This document shows positions 35,464 to 43,743 of a stretch of DNA of 64,000 nt, in pieces. The translations under genes were made by a program, and so were the position numbers. The DNA comes from an uncultured virus (IMG/VR IMGVR_UViG_3300048832_000103) (lineage: Duplodnaviria; Heunggongvirae; Uroviricota; Caudoviricetes), in the IMG/VR virus record IMGVR_UViG_3300048832_000103. One strand, given 5' to 3'. Under the pieces are notes generated by a model, which was not told the origin of the DNA, did no database searches, and worked only from the letters and a program-made list of their open reading frames with translations. The stretch's first letter is position 1. Every line of letters begins with the position of its first letter.

Positions 35464-36009
35464 ATGGCTGTTGTAGGACGCACCGCACTATTCCCAAATA
35501 AGATAGACCAGACCACGTCTGGCAAGTCGCAGCTAGAATATGAACATTTCAAAGTTCATACAGGGGATTCTTGGGTAGTTACCTATAACGCATCCACTAA
35601 TGATGCTGCTACGCTAGACCGTTACATAATAACTCCTAACACGACGAGATGGCCTCATGTATTCTGGGACGTAGTTGGCCAGGGGCTAACAACCATTTCG
35701 TTGTATGAGGGCGCTTCTGGCACTTACAATGCCGTCACAGCATATAACAGAAATAGAAACAGTGCACTGGTTAACACAACGGTTATTGGGAACCCAAGCG
35801 GCGCAGTTACGGCAGGGACGCTAATATGGACGTGGCAGTCTGGCACGACGGGTCCGGGACCGGCGCGGAGTACGGGCGCTACACGAGAGACCGGCGAGCT
35901 TGTGCTGAAACAGAACACTCAATATCTATTTCGATGCACAAGTGGTGTCAATAACAACATCATTTCAGTAGACTTAACTTGGTATGAGCACACAAACATC
36001 GAGAACTAG
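35464..36009 (+). CDS. Structural protein, paralog 2
   Basis: Tandem paralog of 34906..35454. Confidence 0.75.
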   Translation: MAVVGRTALFPNKIDQTTSGKSQLEYEHFKVHTGDSWVVTYNASTNDAATLDRYIITPNTTRWPHVFWDVVGQGLTTISLYEGASGTYNAVTAYNRNRNSALVNTTVIGNPSGAVTAGTLIWTWQSGTTGPGPARSTGATRETGELVLKQNTQYLFRCTSGVNNNIISVDLTWYEHTNIEN

Positions 36010-36018
36010 GAGCTGCCA

Positions 36019-36309
36019 ATGGCACAGACAGATAAATGGGTAACAGACCTCGTGAAGGAGCTCGACAAGAAGGACGCGAAAGACCTCGAGCCAACTAAAG
36101 TCGTGCCCGACGGCAAGTCGAACCTCATCGAGCCGACCCTCGTGGAGTCGCAACAGATGGTCGAGTATTTCCGTGCAGGGTACTTGCCATGGGACGTCAT
36201 GAAGCTCGTGAAGCGAGGTCAGCTCACGTTCTCGTTTGAGCAACTGAACGACGCCATGATAGCATGGCAGGGCGTTTTAGCGAAGAAGACGGTGACAACG
36301 ATTCCATGA
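36019..36309 (+). CDS. Hypothetical protein
   Basis: AGGAG RBS and codon bias. Confidence 0.65.
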   Translation: MAQTDKWVTDLVKELDKKDAKDLEPTKVVPDGKSNLIEPTLVESQQMVEYFRAGYLPWDVMKLVKRGQLTFSFEQLNDAMIAWQGVLAKKTVTTIP

Positions 36310-36983
36310 CGAGCTCGGTTTACAACTATGTGAACAATGCTAAGTTATGGTTGCCTATGACTGCGGCATGCCATGATCCAGTTAACGTTCGCACGTTGGA
36401 CAAGAGCGGCAACGGTTTACATTACCGCTTTGGTGATGGAGTTACCGCGAACACTTTTCCGACAAAATTGACTGCTAGGGGGTACTCTTTTGATGGAAGC
36501 AATGACTATTTAATAGCACTAGCTAATCAAACAAATGCTATAACAGAAGCAACTTGGGCAGTTTTATATCGAGAAACCTTAGTAACTACCACTGAATATA
36601 TATCTTCACATTGGGATGCTGGAGGTACACGGCATTTAATATTGCACACTACTAGTAACATACAATTTTATTGCGGTGATATTGTTAATTTTGCTCTCGT
36701 TAACACTGCCCCTATTCGAGGACAAGCGTCTTTTGTCGCTGGTTATAGGACAATAGATGGATTTAGACGTGTATATTATAATGGTATAGTTGGGACTCCT
36801 AGTAACACGGGGGTCACTTTACCCAGCACAACGGTTATAAGTAATCCTTATCTAGGGCGCGGATCTGGCGGCGGGATTAGTTCGTGTGATATTTTATGGC
36901 ATGGTCATTGGGAATATGCACTATCAGAGCTTCAACTAAGAGACCTCGAGCAACGCCTACGTCGTCAACTGAACGATGTGTGA
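36306..36983 (+). CDS. LamG/concanavalin-like domain protein (putative receptor binding)
   Basis: DKSGNG.H, YSFDGSNDY, YYNG and ALSE.Q motifs. Confidence 0.7.
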   Translation: MTSSVYNYVNNAKLWLPMTAACHDPVNVRTLDKSGNGLHYRFGDGVTANTFPTKLTARGYSFDGSNDYLIALANQTNAITEATWAVLYRETLVTTTEYISSHWDAGGTRHLILHTTSNIQFYCGDIVNFALVNTAPIRGQASFVAGYRTIDGFRRVYYNGIVGTPSNTGVTLPSTTVISNPYLGRGSGGGISSCDILWHGHWEYALSELQLRDLEQRLRRQLNDV

Positions 36984-36992
36984 GGATATATA

Positions 36993-37661
36993 ATGGGACT
37001 AGGCGGTATATTACAAGAACTGAAAACTGAGGGCGTTCTAGGGTTTTATCATGATTACCGCTCAGGACGTTTGTACGATTATTCTGGTAATGGTAATAAT
37101 GTAAGTTTAAATAGTAACTTTATTTTTACTAAACAAGGCTTAAATGTTACTAATACTTCATCTTTACAGATACCGTTCAGCGCCACGTGGGCTTGGAATA
37201 CCCAAGTTACAATATTACTGTTCTATAAAGTGGCTAAGTCATTATTAACGACAGCAGCATCTAATTATGGATCTTATCATACAACTCCACCAACTCAAGC
37301 AATGCGTTTAGGTGACACAATTATCGGTTGGAGTGACGGCATAAATCTTAGAGTTCTTTCGGCCAATGCTAATATTTATAGGTGTTTAGGTGTTAGCATG
37401 TTAAATAATGCTATAGGCACGGTTTATGGTAATGGTGTGTCGTTAGGAAGTCTATCAGGAACTTCTGTTATACAAGCTCCTACAGCGGGAGATTTGCTCC
37501 TCGATTATCCACAGCTAGATCCTTCTTGGCGATGGTTAGCTCGAGCTGATGTTCTTGTAAAGAGAGTGCTCACAGCAACAGAGCATGCAAGGCTTTACGG
37601 GCAACTTGAAAATATGCGATGGAATACAAAAGGACTAACTCCCGGACCTATGATGCCGTAG
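36993..37661 (+). CDS. LamG-like paralog
   Basis: DYSGNGNN, Y.NGV.LG and RVLTATEH. Confidence 0.7.
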   Translation: MGLGGILQELKTEGVLGFYHDYRSGRLYDYSGNGNNVSLNSNFIFTKQGLNVTNTSSLQIPFSATWAWNTQVTILLFYKVAKSLLTTAASNYGSYHTTPPTQAMRLGDTIIGWSDGINLRVLSANANIYRCLGVSMLNNAIGTVYGNGVSLGSLSGTSVIQAPTAGDLLLDYPQLDPSWRWLARADVLVKRVLTATEHARLYGQLENMRWNTKGLTPGPMMP

Positions 37662-37670
37662 GAGGTTTGA

Positions 37671-38282
37671 GTGGGTTTAGGTGGTATACTACAACGATTG
37701 AAAACAGAGGGCGTGATACTTGTGTATCACGATCACCGCTCTGGGACTCTATATGATTTCTCTGGCAACGGTCGGACGGGATCTCCTTATGCAACTAATT
37801 ATTTCAGTAAAAACGGTATGATCACTAAAGGCCAAGTGACGGTAACTAATGACGCTACGTTACAATCTGCCACAACTGGAACTTTAATAGTTCGGCAGAG
37901 TGCTACTCGTTCTGGGTCAACGTCCTACTTTGCTAAAAAGAATAATCAATTTCAGTTCACTTATTCTTATGGACTGAATCAATATGATCTGTATATCAAT
38001 GGAACCTCACGAACTTTAAATTATACTAATCTAGTAGGTATGCACACGCATGCGGTTGAGTTTGATAATGCTGGAGGTACTCCTAAAGGATACCTGAACG
38101 GAATCCTGTTAGGTAACTATTCTGGTGTGCAAACCTCGGTAGCCGATGCCTCAAATTTGTTTTATGGCACGGCTTCTAGTGACCTAGAACCTCAAACAGT
38201 AAGATATTTCTTGTGGATTTCTAGAAAGCTATCGGATGCAGAACATCAAGAAATCTATCAACAATTGCAGGCGCTATCATGA
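37671..38282 (+). CDS. LamG-like paralog
   Basis: N-terminus nearly identical to the previous ORF; DFSGNG, YLNG and RKLSDAEH. Confidence 0.7.
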   Translation: MGLGGILQRLKTEGVILVYHDHRSGTLYDFSGNGRTGSPYATNYFSKNGMITKGQVTVTNDATLQSATTGTLIVRQSATRSGSTSYFAKKNNQFQFTYSYGLNQYDLYINGTSRTLNYTNLVGMHTHAVEFDNAGGTPKGYLNGILLGNYSGVQTSVADASNLFYGTASSDLEPQTVRYFLWISRKLSDAEHQEIYQQLQALS

Positions 38283-39613
38283 GTTGGCCAAATAAAGTTT
38301 ACTCTCAAAGTTCTCGAAATGGGGATTTTACAGACGACTCGACTCTGGTTGCTCGTTGGGGCGGTTCTATATGCAACCAGTTATTGATTGATGCCGTAGG
38401 CACTAGAAATTTGACCGTTCCTAGTGGAGTATCTTCTTATTGTAAATTGCGAAATATTATGCGCCGATCTACAGATGGTGTGGCTTTCAATAGCACTGCG
38501 GCATTTGCTTATCCATCGGTAAACAATATTCCTGTTACTGCTGTAGCTTTGATACGCTCAAGAAGTGTTGGTTCAGAGTTTATTTTCAATAGTTCTAATG
38601 CAGGTAATCCAGGATGGAATCTCATTGTTCATCCGGCATTAGGATTACAGATAGAGCGAATAAATTATCCTGATAGTGCTCGATATGTGTCAGGAATACT
38701 TCTATCAGTTAATCAACAAAGCTTGGTTATGGCTCAAGTTAATCCGGCTACACCGACAATGTCTGTAGGCGTAAACGGTCAAGTTTATACTGGTGCTGCT
38801 GGTGCGCTATTTTATGGCGCTGCTACTGGCCTGGCATTAGGTCGGCAAGCCTCGGCAACCTTTGTGTTTACTGGTGATATTGGCAGAGCGGCTATTTATA
38901 ATGGTTTTAAAGATGCTGCATGGTTTAGGAAAGAATGGGTGAAAGTAGCTCAAGCGGCGCACCTAAAAACTGGGTGGGGCTCCAAGGTATCCATCGCCAT
39001 CGAATCCACGGTTGGAAATTTCGTCGGCAATGGGTCGACCCCATTTGAGATCCTATCAGGGACGTGGAAGGTCTCAACGCAGACGGTCGACGGCGAGCTC
39101 CACAAGGTGCTTGAATGTGTAGCCGCTGGCACTATTTGGCTTGATCGCCACTTCATGGGCATCAACAGTTCCGAAGCCTCTTATGGCGGTTGGCGCTTCT
39201 TTGTGAGCCATGCGGCGAGCGCTACACCGACCACGATAGCGCTCACTGCGACGGCAAAGAACACCCCAGCGGTGACGACCGGTTACTACTTGCGAGTCTA
39301 TGATACCGAGACTCGCGAGGGAAGGTACAGTGCCGGCGCTTACACCGACTTTGAGACCTTGGCCACGGGCGGCGGCGCTACTGAGCCTCTCGAGGTCCAA
39401 GTACGTCGCCGGTTCGACAACGTTTGGCAGCACCACAACAGGCGGATAGGTCAAGCTTGGTTGACCAGTGGCAGTGACACGGACGCCACGTATCTGACCT
39501 CAGAAGGTGTGTCGATCACGGCGAACGCGGGAGATTGGATTTCACTGGGCACGGTGCGAGACAACTTCGCCTTCACCAAGTACCTCGGTGAATTTGATCC
39601 TTCGGAGGTGTGA
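38279..39613 (+). CDS. LamG-like multidomain protein
   Basis: VNG...LGR....F.GDI...AIYN; AT-rich 5' part and GC-rich 3' part. Confidence 0.7.
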   Translation: MSWPNKVYSQSSRNGDFTDDSTLVARWGGSICNQLLIDAVGTRNLTVPSGVSSYCKLRNIMRRSTDGVAFNSTAAFAYPSVNNIPVTAVALIRSRSVGSEFIFNSSNAGNPGWNLIVHPALGLQIERINYPDSARYVSGILLSVNQQSLVMAQVNPATPTMSVGVNGQVYTGAAGALFYGAATGLALGRQASATFVFTGDIGRAAIYNGFKDAAWFRKEWVKVAQAAHLKTGWGSKVSIAIESTVGNFVGNGSTPFEILSGTWKVSTQTVDGELHKVLECVAAGTIWLDRHFMGINSSEASYGGWRFFVSHAASATPTTIALTATAKNTPAVTTGYYLRVYDTETREGRYSAGAYTDFETLATGGGATEPLEVQVRRRFDNVWQHHNRRIGQAWLTSGSDTDATYLTSEGVSITANAGDWISLGTVRDNFAFTKYLGEFDPSEV

Positions 39614-39804
39614 GCATGAAGCTGAAGTGTCCACGTCTGCCGAAGGGAATCTCGAAGAAGGAGCTCGCGAAGGGCATCAAGGTCGAACTCGAGCACACGG
39701 ATGACCATCAAGCTGCGACGTGCATTGCGAAGGTGCATCTCAATGAGTGTCCGACCTATTATCGACGCCTAGAAAAAATGGAAAAGGCATGCCAGGCGAA
39801 ATGA
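39610..39804 (+). CDS. DUF5661-like protein
   Basis: ELAKGIKVELEHT......IA..HL.E.PTYY.RL..ME. Confidence 0.75.
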   Translation: MSMKLKCPRLPKGISKKELAKGIKVELEHTDDHQAATCIAKVHLNECPTYYRRLEKMEKACQAK

Positions 39805-40286
39805 TGGACTTGGGCAAGACCTACCGTGGCCTACCACCCTCGGACACGGGGATCTTACAGGTCGTCTTGGCCGGCCAAGAGCAGATCCGTTCCGAGATTA
39901 ACAAGCTTGCTCAGATCGCGGCGGCGCAGGGTGCGAAGCTTGAGACGTTTGACAAGCGTTTCGACTTTTTCCAAGATTCACTTTCCAAGATTTATGAGCA
40001 CAACAGCAATTGCCCGGTCAAGACGCACCTTCAAGAGCTCCGCGGCGACGTGTCCGAGATTCGCGTCATGGTCGGGACGCACGATAGGCAGCTCGCTGAA
40101 GAGCAAGGCTTCAAGGCCGGCCGGAAGATGAAACCCACGCCGTGGGCGGGGATTTCGAAGTACACGAGCTCGCCGCCTGTGACGCTCTCGTTGTCCATCA
40201 AAGACCCCAAGGTGTGGGGCAAGATCATCTTCTATACCATCGTGGCAGCGGCCGCGGGAGCGAGTTTGCTCGCACAGTACATGTGA
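39801..40286 (+). CDS. Coiled-coil protein with C-terminal TM
   Basis: Heptad region and IIFYTIVAAAAGASLL. Confidence 0.65.
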   Translation: MMDLGKTYRGLPPSDTGILQVVLAGQEQIRSEINKLAQIAAAQGAKLETFDKRFDFFQDSLSKIYEHNSNCPVKTHLQELRGDVSEIRVMVGTHDRQLAEEQGFKAGRKMKPTPWAGISKYTSSPPVTLSLSIKDPKVWGKIIFYTIVAAAAGASLLAQYM

Positions 40287-40295
40287 GGTGTTTGC

Positions 40296-40433
40296 ATGCC
40301 CGACAGCAACCTTCAACCGACTCGGCCCAACAACATGCCGGTGTTCGGGGCTATGGTGGGAGTCTTTGTCTTCTCGGCGTTCACGTACTTCATCATCCAG
40401 TGGATGGGATCGGGGATGACTCGTGACTACTAG
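40296..40433 (+). CDS. 45-aa single-TM protein (not in ORF track)
   Basis: GAGG RBS; VFGAMVGVFVFSAFTYFII. Confidence 0.5.
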   Translation: MPDSNLQPTRPNNMPVFGAMVGVFVFSAFTYFIIQWMGSGMTRDY

Positions 40434-40515
40434 CAATTGGGGCTTCAAAGATGCGTTGATCGTCGGCGGCGTGCTGGTGCTCTTCTTCTACGTGGCGAAG
40501 ACTCGGAGCTGAAGC

Positions 40516-40890
40516 ATGAATCTCGACCAGTACATGGCGCAGCGCGGTTACGAACATCTCGTCGATGACTTTTTCATTGACGGTGTGCGGCAACCTGTTT
40601 TGCCTGACGAGGCCGTGCTGCTACCGCTCAGTAATTTACGGGCGGACACCAGCGCGACGACCGTCTATGACCTCGCACGAACCGACTACGGTGCCTTCGA
40701 AGGTCCGGTAGAGCTTTACGTTTGGCGCCAGACCGACGGTTCCGAGCTCGAGTACGTTACGGTTGCCGGCCAGGCCTTCGCACGTCAGCGGTTGTCGGCA
40801 ACAGAGGCTCGCAACAGAGTGCGAATGTTATTTGCAATCGCTGGAGCACTCGGCGCACTTGGCGCGGGAGTTTACCTGAGCAAGAGGTGA
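40516..40890 (+). CDS. Membrane protein (C-terminal TM)
   Basis: MLFAIAGALGALGAGVYLSKR. Confidence 0.65.
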   Translation: MNLDQYMAQRGYEHLVDDFFIDGVRQPVLPDEAVLLPLSNLRADTSATTVYDLARTDYGAFEGPVELYVWRQTDGSELEYVTVAGQAFARQRLSATEARNRVRMLFAIAGALGALGAGVYLSKR

Positions 40891-40893
40891 GGC

Positions 40894-41568
40894 ATGAGTG
40901 AGCGCACAGAGAAGCTTGCGTGGGGTGCGGTCCTGCTGAGCATCATCGGGGCCGGCATCTTCGGATGGTGGCGCCAGAAGAAGGCGAGCATCGGCGGTTA
41001 CGACGACGTCAAGGACATCAAGCCGATGGTCATTCATGCGCCAAGTTACACCTATCCGACCGGTCCCGCTCTGAGCGCGGAAGAGAAGCCGAAGACTCGG
41101 AAACGCCCGGTGAAGCGCAAATGTGATCCGGTTGAGATTGTGCAAGAGTCGAAGAGCAACACACAGATCCTCGCGTGCCGAGGTGAACCTCTCGGACGAG
41201 TGCAGAGCGCTCGAGACGCCTATGATTTCGTTCGCGGCCAATCGCAGCTTTTGCAAGAAGAGATGATCGTGTTGGCCATGAACTCGAGGAATGATATCAT
41301 GGCGACCTCGCTGGTCCATCGAGGAGCTGTGAACGAGGTCCATGTGAATCCCATGGACGTGTTCCGTACCCCGGTTATCTACGGGGCGCCGCGAATGATT
41401 CTGGTCCACAACCATCCTTCGGGCGCTCCCGCGCCGAGCCCGAGTGATGTGGCGATGACTCGGAAGATGAAAGGCCTTGGGGATGAAATGGGGATAGCCC
41501 TGCTGGACCATATCATCGTGGGCAAGGATGACTTCGCGAGCCTTCGAGACATGGGGATTTTGCAGTGA
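40894..41568 (+). CDS. RadC-like JAB-domain protein with N-terminal TM anchor
   Basis: QEE..VL..N..N, ILVHNHPSG...PS.SD...T and LLDHIIVG; N-terminal LAWGAVLLSIIGAGIFGWW. Confidence 0.9.
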   Translation: MSERTEKLAWGAVLLSIIGAGIFGWWRQKKASIGGYDDVKDIKPMVIHAPSYTYPTGPALSAEEKPKTRKRPVKRKCDPVEIVQESKSNTQILACRGEPLGRVQSARDAYDFVRGQSQLLQEEMIVLAMNSRNDIMATSLVHRGAVNEVHVNPMDVFRTPVIYGAPRMILVHNHPSGAPAPSPSDVAMTRKMKGLGDEMGIALLDHIIVGKDDFASLRDMGILQ

Positions 41569-41629
41569 GAGAGGAATTAATAGGCATATATGCCCCCTAT
41601 GGGCGTAAGCATACCTCGGAGGTTTGACC

Positions 41630-41980
41630 GTGTCAAGCAAAAAATCAACGTGTTCTTGGGACATGATCTCGGTGAGCAAAAACGTCGCCCAAGGCAAGTG
41701 GGAGATGGACCCAGACGGCAAGGGCCAAAACTACTGCGAGCTTCACTGGGACCGTGCGGACGAAGGCGGCGAGATTTGGTGGGTCTGCTTTGCGGGCAAG
41801 TCTCACAAAAAAGGGACTCATCAAGCGTCGGTTCCAGCGGCGAAGAAGGCAGCTTGCAAGTGGTTTACTAAGGCGAAAGCAGTTCACGCCCTCAAGGATA
41901 ACCTCCCTGTAGGTTTGATGCTTCTTGTTCCTGCTGTGGCCGTCGTTGGCTATGGCGTATATAAGTCCACGAAAGCGTAA
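41630..41980 (+). CDS. Cys/Trp-containing protein with C-terminal TM
   Basis: GGAGG RBS plus GTG; C-terminal hydrophobic helix. Confidence 0.6.
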   Translation: MSSKKSTCSWDMISVSKNVAQGKWEMDPDGKGQNYCELHWDRADEGGEIWWVCFAGKSHKKGTHQASVPAAKKAACKWFTKAKAVHALKDNLPVGLMLLVPAVAVVGYGVYKSTKA

Positions 41981-41988
41981 AGATGATC

Positions 41989-42017
41989 TTGACGGTGAAC
42001 AGAGAGCCCGGTAGACT
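41989..42017 (+). promoter_or_regulatory. Sigma70-like promoter
   Basis: TTGACG-17 nt-TAGACT, followed by a ~195-nt leader. Confidence 0.55.
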
Positions 42018-42217
42018 GTCCCACGGGAAGGGTGTTGGTAGGAGCATCCGATTGGATGATGACCTCTCAACTCCCTGCTCTTCTATGGTAGAGTCGCTCT
42101 CCTCGTCTCTCCTATCCGCCAAGTATCCGAAAAGTTTGGGCAATTTCGCCCGCAAGGGACTCGGGAAGGGTTTATCCTCACGAGCCCACAACGGCCCACT
42201 GGGCAATGAGGTTCATC

Positions 42218-42340
42218 ATGGCTAAGCGTCGTCGCGCTCGCAAGTCCGGTTCCTGCAAGATCATCTCCCTCAAGGGTGGCCGTGGTCGCCGCTGCATGTG
42301 CAAGGGCAAGTTTCGGAAGATGGCTTCCTGCAAGCGTTAG
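42218..42340 (+). CDS. 40-aa basic Cys-rich mini-protein (not in ORF track)
   Basis: MAKRRRARKSGSCKIISLKGGRGRRCMCKGKFRKMASCKR; RBS context gaggttcatcatgg is nearly the same as the capsid gene. Confidence 0.7.
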   Translation: MAKRRRARKSGSCKIISLKGGRGRRCMCKGKFRKMASCKR

Positions 42341-42354
42341 GATCGAGAAGTTCG

Positions 42355-42507
42355 ATGGACCGGAAGCGCTCGCTGCTTGAGGCGTACCTACAAGGAACGG
42401 CAGACCTCGTCGTCTGGTTGTTCCCCGCTATCGTCATGGGCATTGTAGTTGCCCTCGCGCAGCGAGCGCTTTTGGAACCCACGAAAGCACGAGGAGAGAA
42501 GCAATGA
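42355..42507 (+). CDS. Small TM protein
   Basis: LVVWLFPAIVMGIVVALA. Confidence 0.5.
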   Translation: MDRKRSLLEAYLQGTADLVVWLFPAIVMGIVVALAQRALLEPTKARGEKQ

Positions 42508-42854
42508 ATTTAGCACAACTGGCAATCGCAGTTGTTACGGGCGCGGTCCCTCTCACGGCGAGCTTTTACACCTACGATCAATTGGCGGGCTCGAGCTCGT
42601 TCAAGCGTTCGGTGTACTCGGCGCTTGCTGGCCTCGGCGCGGGTGTCATTGCCTCGTTGGCTATGACGCAGCTCATCGGGGTGACGGCAGAAAACCCCGT
42701 CATGACCCTGAACCGCTCCCGTAGCACCGCGATTAGTGGTCTGGCCGATGCGTGGAACGTCAACATGATGCCCCCACGCGGCGGAATCCCGATGAACGTT
42801 TACTCCAAGATGCCCGACGTTGCCGAGGTCGGTAAGTCGTTCGGCGTCGTCTGA
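42504..42854 (+). CDS. Small membrane protein
   Basis: Two hydrophobic helices. Confidence 0.65.
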   Translation: MNLAQLAIAVVTGAVPLTASFYTYDQLAGSSSFKRSVYSALAGLGAGVIASLAMTQLIGVTAENPVMTLNRSRSTAISGLADAWNVNMMPPRGGIPMNVYSKMPDVAEVGKSFGVV

Positions 42855-42868
42855 AAGGATCTGATCTC

Positions 42869-43177
42869 ATGATGAAGCTACTCGGATTCTTCATGGTCGC
42901 GCTTCCTGGCATCGCCGGATTCGCCGCCTACGGCATGTCCCAAGAGAAGGGCCTGAGCCCCCTCGCCAGCGCTGCCCTTGCCGGCGCTGCTTTCGCCGCG
43001 GCCGAAATCGGCGGCAACATGCTCTCGGGGGGCCTCGCTGGCCTTTCCATGGAGCAAGTCGGTGCCCTGGCACTGAACCCCCAACCACAATCTTGGGCGG
43101 CTCTGAACGCAGCTCAGCGCGGCAACATGGGGTATCTATCCCCAGAGCGAATCGCCGCCTGCTACGGAACGTGTTGA
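42869..43177 (+). CDS. Small membrane protein
   Basis: Two hydrophobic helices and a MGYL motif. Confidence 0.65.
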   Translation: MMKLLGFFMVALPGIAGFAAYGMSQEKGLSPLASAALAGAAFAAAEIGGNMLSGGLAGLSMEQVGALALNPQPQSWAALNAAQRGNMGYLSPERIAACYGTC

Positions 43178-43178
43178 A

Positions 43179-43523
43179 ATGATCCGCTCGGCCCTCGTCA
43201 AAGCGGTCCCAATGGTCGGCACTGTAGCCGCCGTGATCTACACCAAAGAGCGCAAGGGCTGGACGTGGGCCATTCCCATTGGGATTGTGTCCCACTTTGC
43301 CGGCTCTTGGCTCGTTGGGCAGTTGCTTGGAGCTCTCGATGCCGTGCAAGCCATGCCTTTGAAGCCTGCCGAGGTCGCAGGTGGGGAAGTGAAGATCCCT
43401 GCGAGCGAAGCCTCGACGAGCTCGGGCAACATGGCCGGCGTTGGAGTTCTAGCGAAGACAACCGAAGTGATCGACCGAAACGACAACGTGATTCGGCTCC
43501 CCACGGCAATGGGCGAGCCCTAA
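43179..43523 (+). CDS. Small membrane protein
   Basis: Two hydrophobic helices. Confidence 0.65.
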   Translation: MIRSALVKAVPMVGTVAAVIYTKERKGWTWAIPIGIVSHFAGSWLVGQLLGALDAVQAMPLKPAEVAGGEVKIPASEASTSSGNMAGVGVLAKTTEVIDRNDNVIRLPTAMGEP

Positions 43524-43532
43524 AGGTGTAAC

Positions 43533-43712
43533 ATGAGCCGAAATCTCCTTCTGTTTCTAGGACTCGTCGCGGTGGGCGGCGGTGCGTTCTATCTCTACAA
43601 GAGTGGCAAGCTCGTGAGCATGCCCGGACAAATGTCGCAGGGCGCTCCTCGGCAGATGTTCTACGTTAGCCCGAAGCATGTCGTCGCGACTATGCAGGGT
43701 TACGGTTGGTAA
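43533..43712 (+). CDS. 59-aa N-terminal TM protein (not in ORF track)
   Basis: MSRNLLLFLGLVAVGGGAFYLYK. Confidence 0.6.
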   Translation: MSRNLLLFLGLVAVGGGAFYLYKSGKLVSMPGQMSQGAPRQMFYVSPKHVVATMQGYGW

Positions 43713-43743
43713 GTGCAGAAGACTCCCGCCCACGAGGTGACAA

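Noticed and set aside
36306..39613. Diversity-generating retroelement acting on the LamG paralogs
   Set aside because: No reverse transcriptase and no TR/VR pair differing only at adenines was seen
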